Of a stretch of 64,000 nt of DNA, positions 63,737 through 64,000 are shown piece after piece (within the stretch, counting starts at the first letter, position 1; each line of letters opens with the position of its first letter). Under the pieces are notes generated by a model, which saw nothing but the letters and a program-made list of their open reading frames with translations, was not told the origin of the DNA and did not search any database. This DNA is from Balanoglossus misakiensis (Eukaryota > Animalia > Hemichordata): positions 310,001-374,000 of the forward strand of contig CM082591.2 in NCBI GenBank assembly GCA_040954595.2, written 5' to 3'. Both the position numbers and the translations under genes were made by a program.

Positions 63737-64000
63737 TTTCAATGATCAAACTTGTTTACTTGTAGTATCCAAATTACTATTCAAATTCCAATGGCGAGTT
63801 TCAGATATGTCCCTACACATGTTTAATTAGAGAACAAAAATCTAACATGGACAAATGCATGCAAACAATGAAACTGCCACGTTGAAAGCTGGGATTTCTT
63901 TCAATTGTCTCTCCCCAGGAATTTCTAATAATGTGATACTTAATTTACATAACAATACACATAATTTAGTTATAATGTATTATAATGAAAAATGAGAAAA

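Overview
AT-rich, intron-containing animal genomic DNA with canonical GT-AG introns. It is probably a marine invertebrate, and the gene set and repeat types suggest a non-vertebrate deuterostome, but that is inference. Eight protein-coding loci are supported, in this order: a kinesin-9 (KIF6/KIF9-like) motor (-, runs off the left edge); TTC17 (+, head-to-head with the kinesin); an uncharacterised N-terminally anchored protein (-); a small protein with a possible TRADD-N-like domain plus coiled coil (+); an OATP/SLCO transporter (+); a 1106-aa protein with an intronless CDS encoding seven tandem LRAT/NC (permuted NlpC/P60) domains and a glycine zipper (-); an archaemetzincin with two predicted N-terminal TM helices (-); and the 3' part of MADD/Rab3-GEF (-, runs off the right edge). 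Non-coding features include a family of ~85-bp TTAA-flanked piggyBac-type MITEs (6 copies), a Kolobok-type MITE, a Helentron-associated (DINE-1/HINE-like) element, a tRNA-SINE remnant, tandem repeats and a 184-nt hairpin with DNA-type GA mismatches. The most notable observations are the 7x LRAT array mixing catalytic and pseudo-catalytic repeats, the strand-asymmetric GNA-loop/tandem-GA hairpin, several unannotated microexon candidates (3, 6 and 16 nt), and a 45-aa Arg/Ser insert in kinesin loop 12. No database searches were run; family calls come from recognised motifs and exon boundaries were read by eye.
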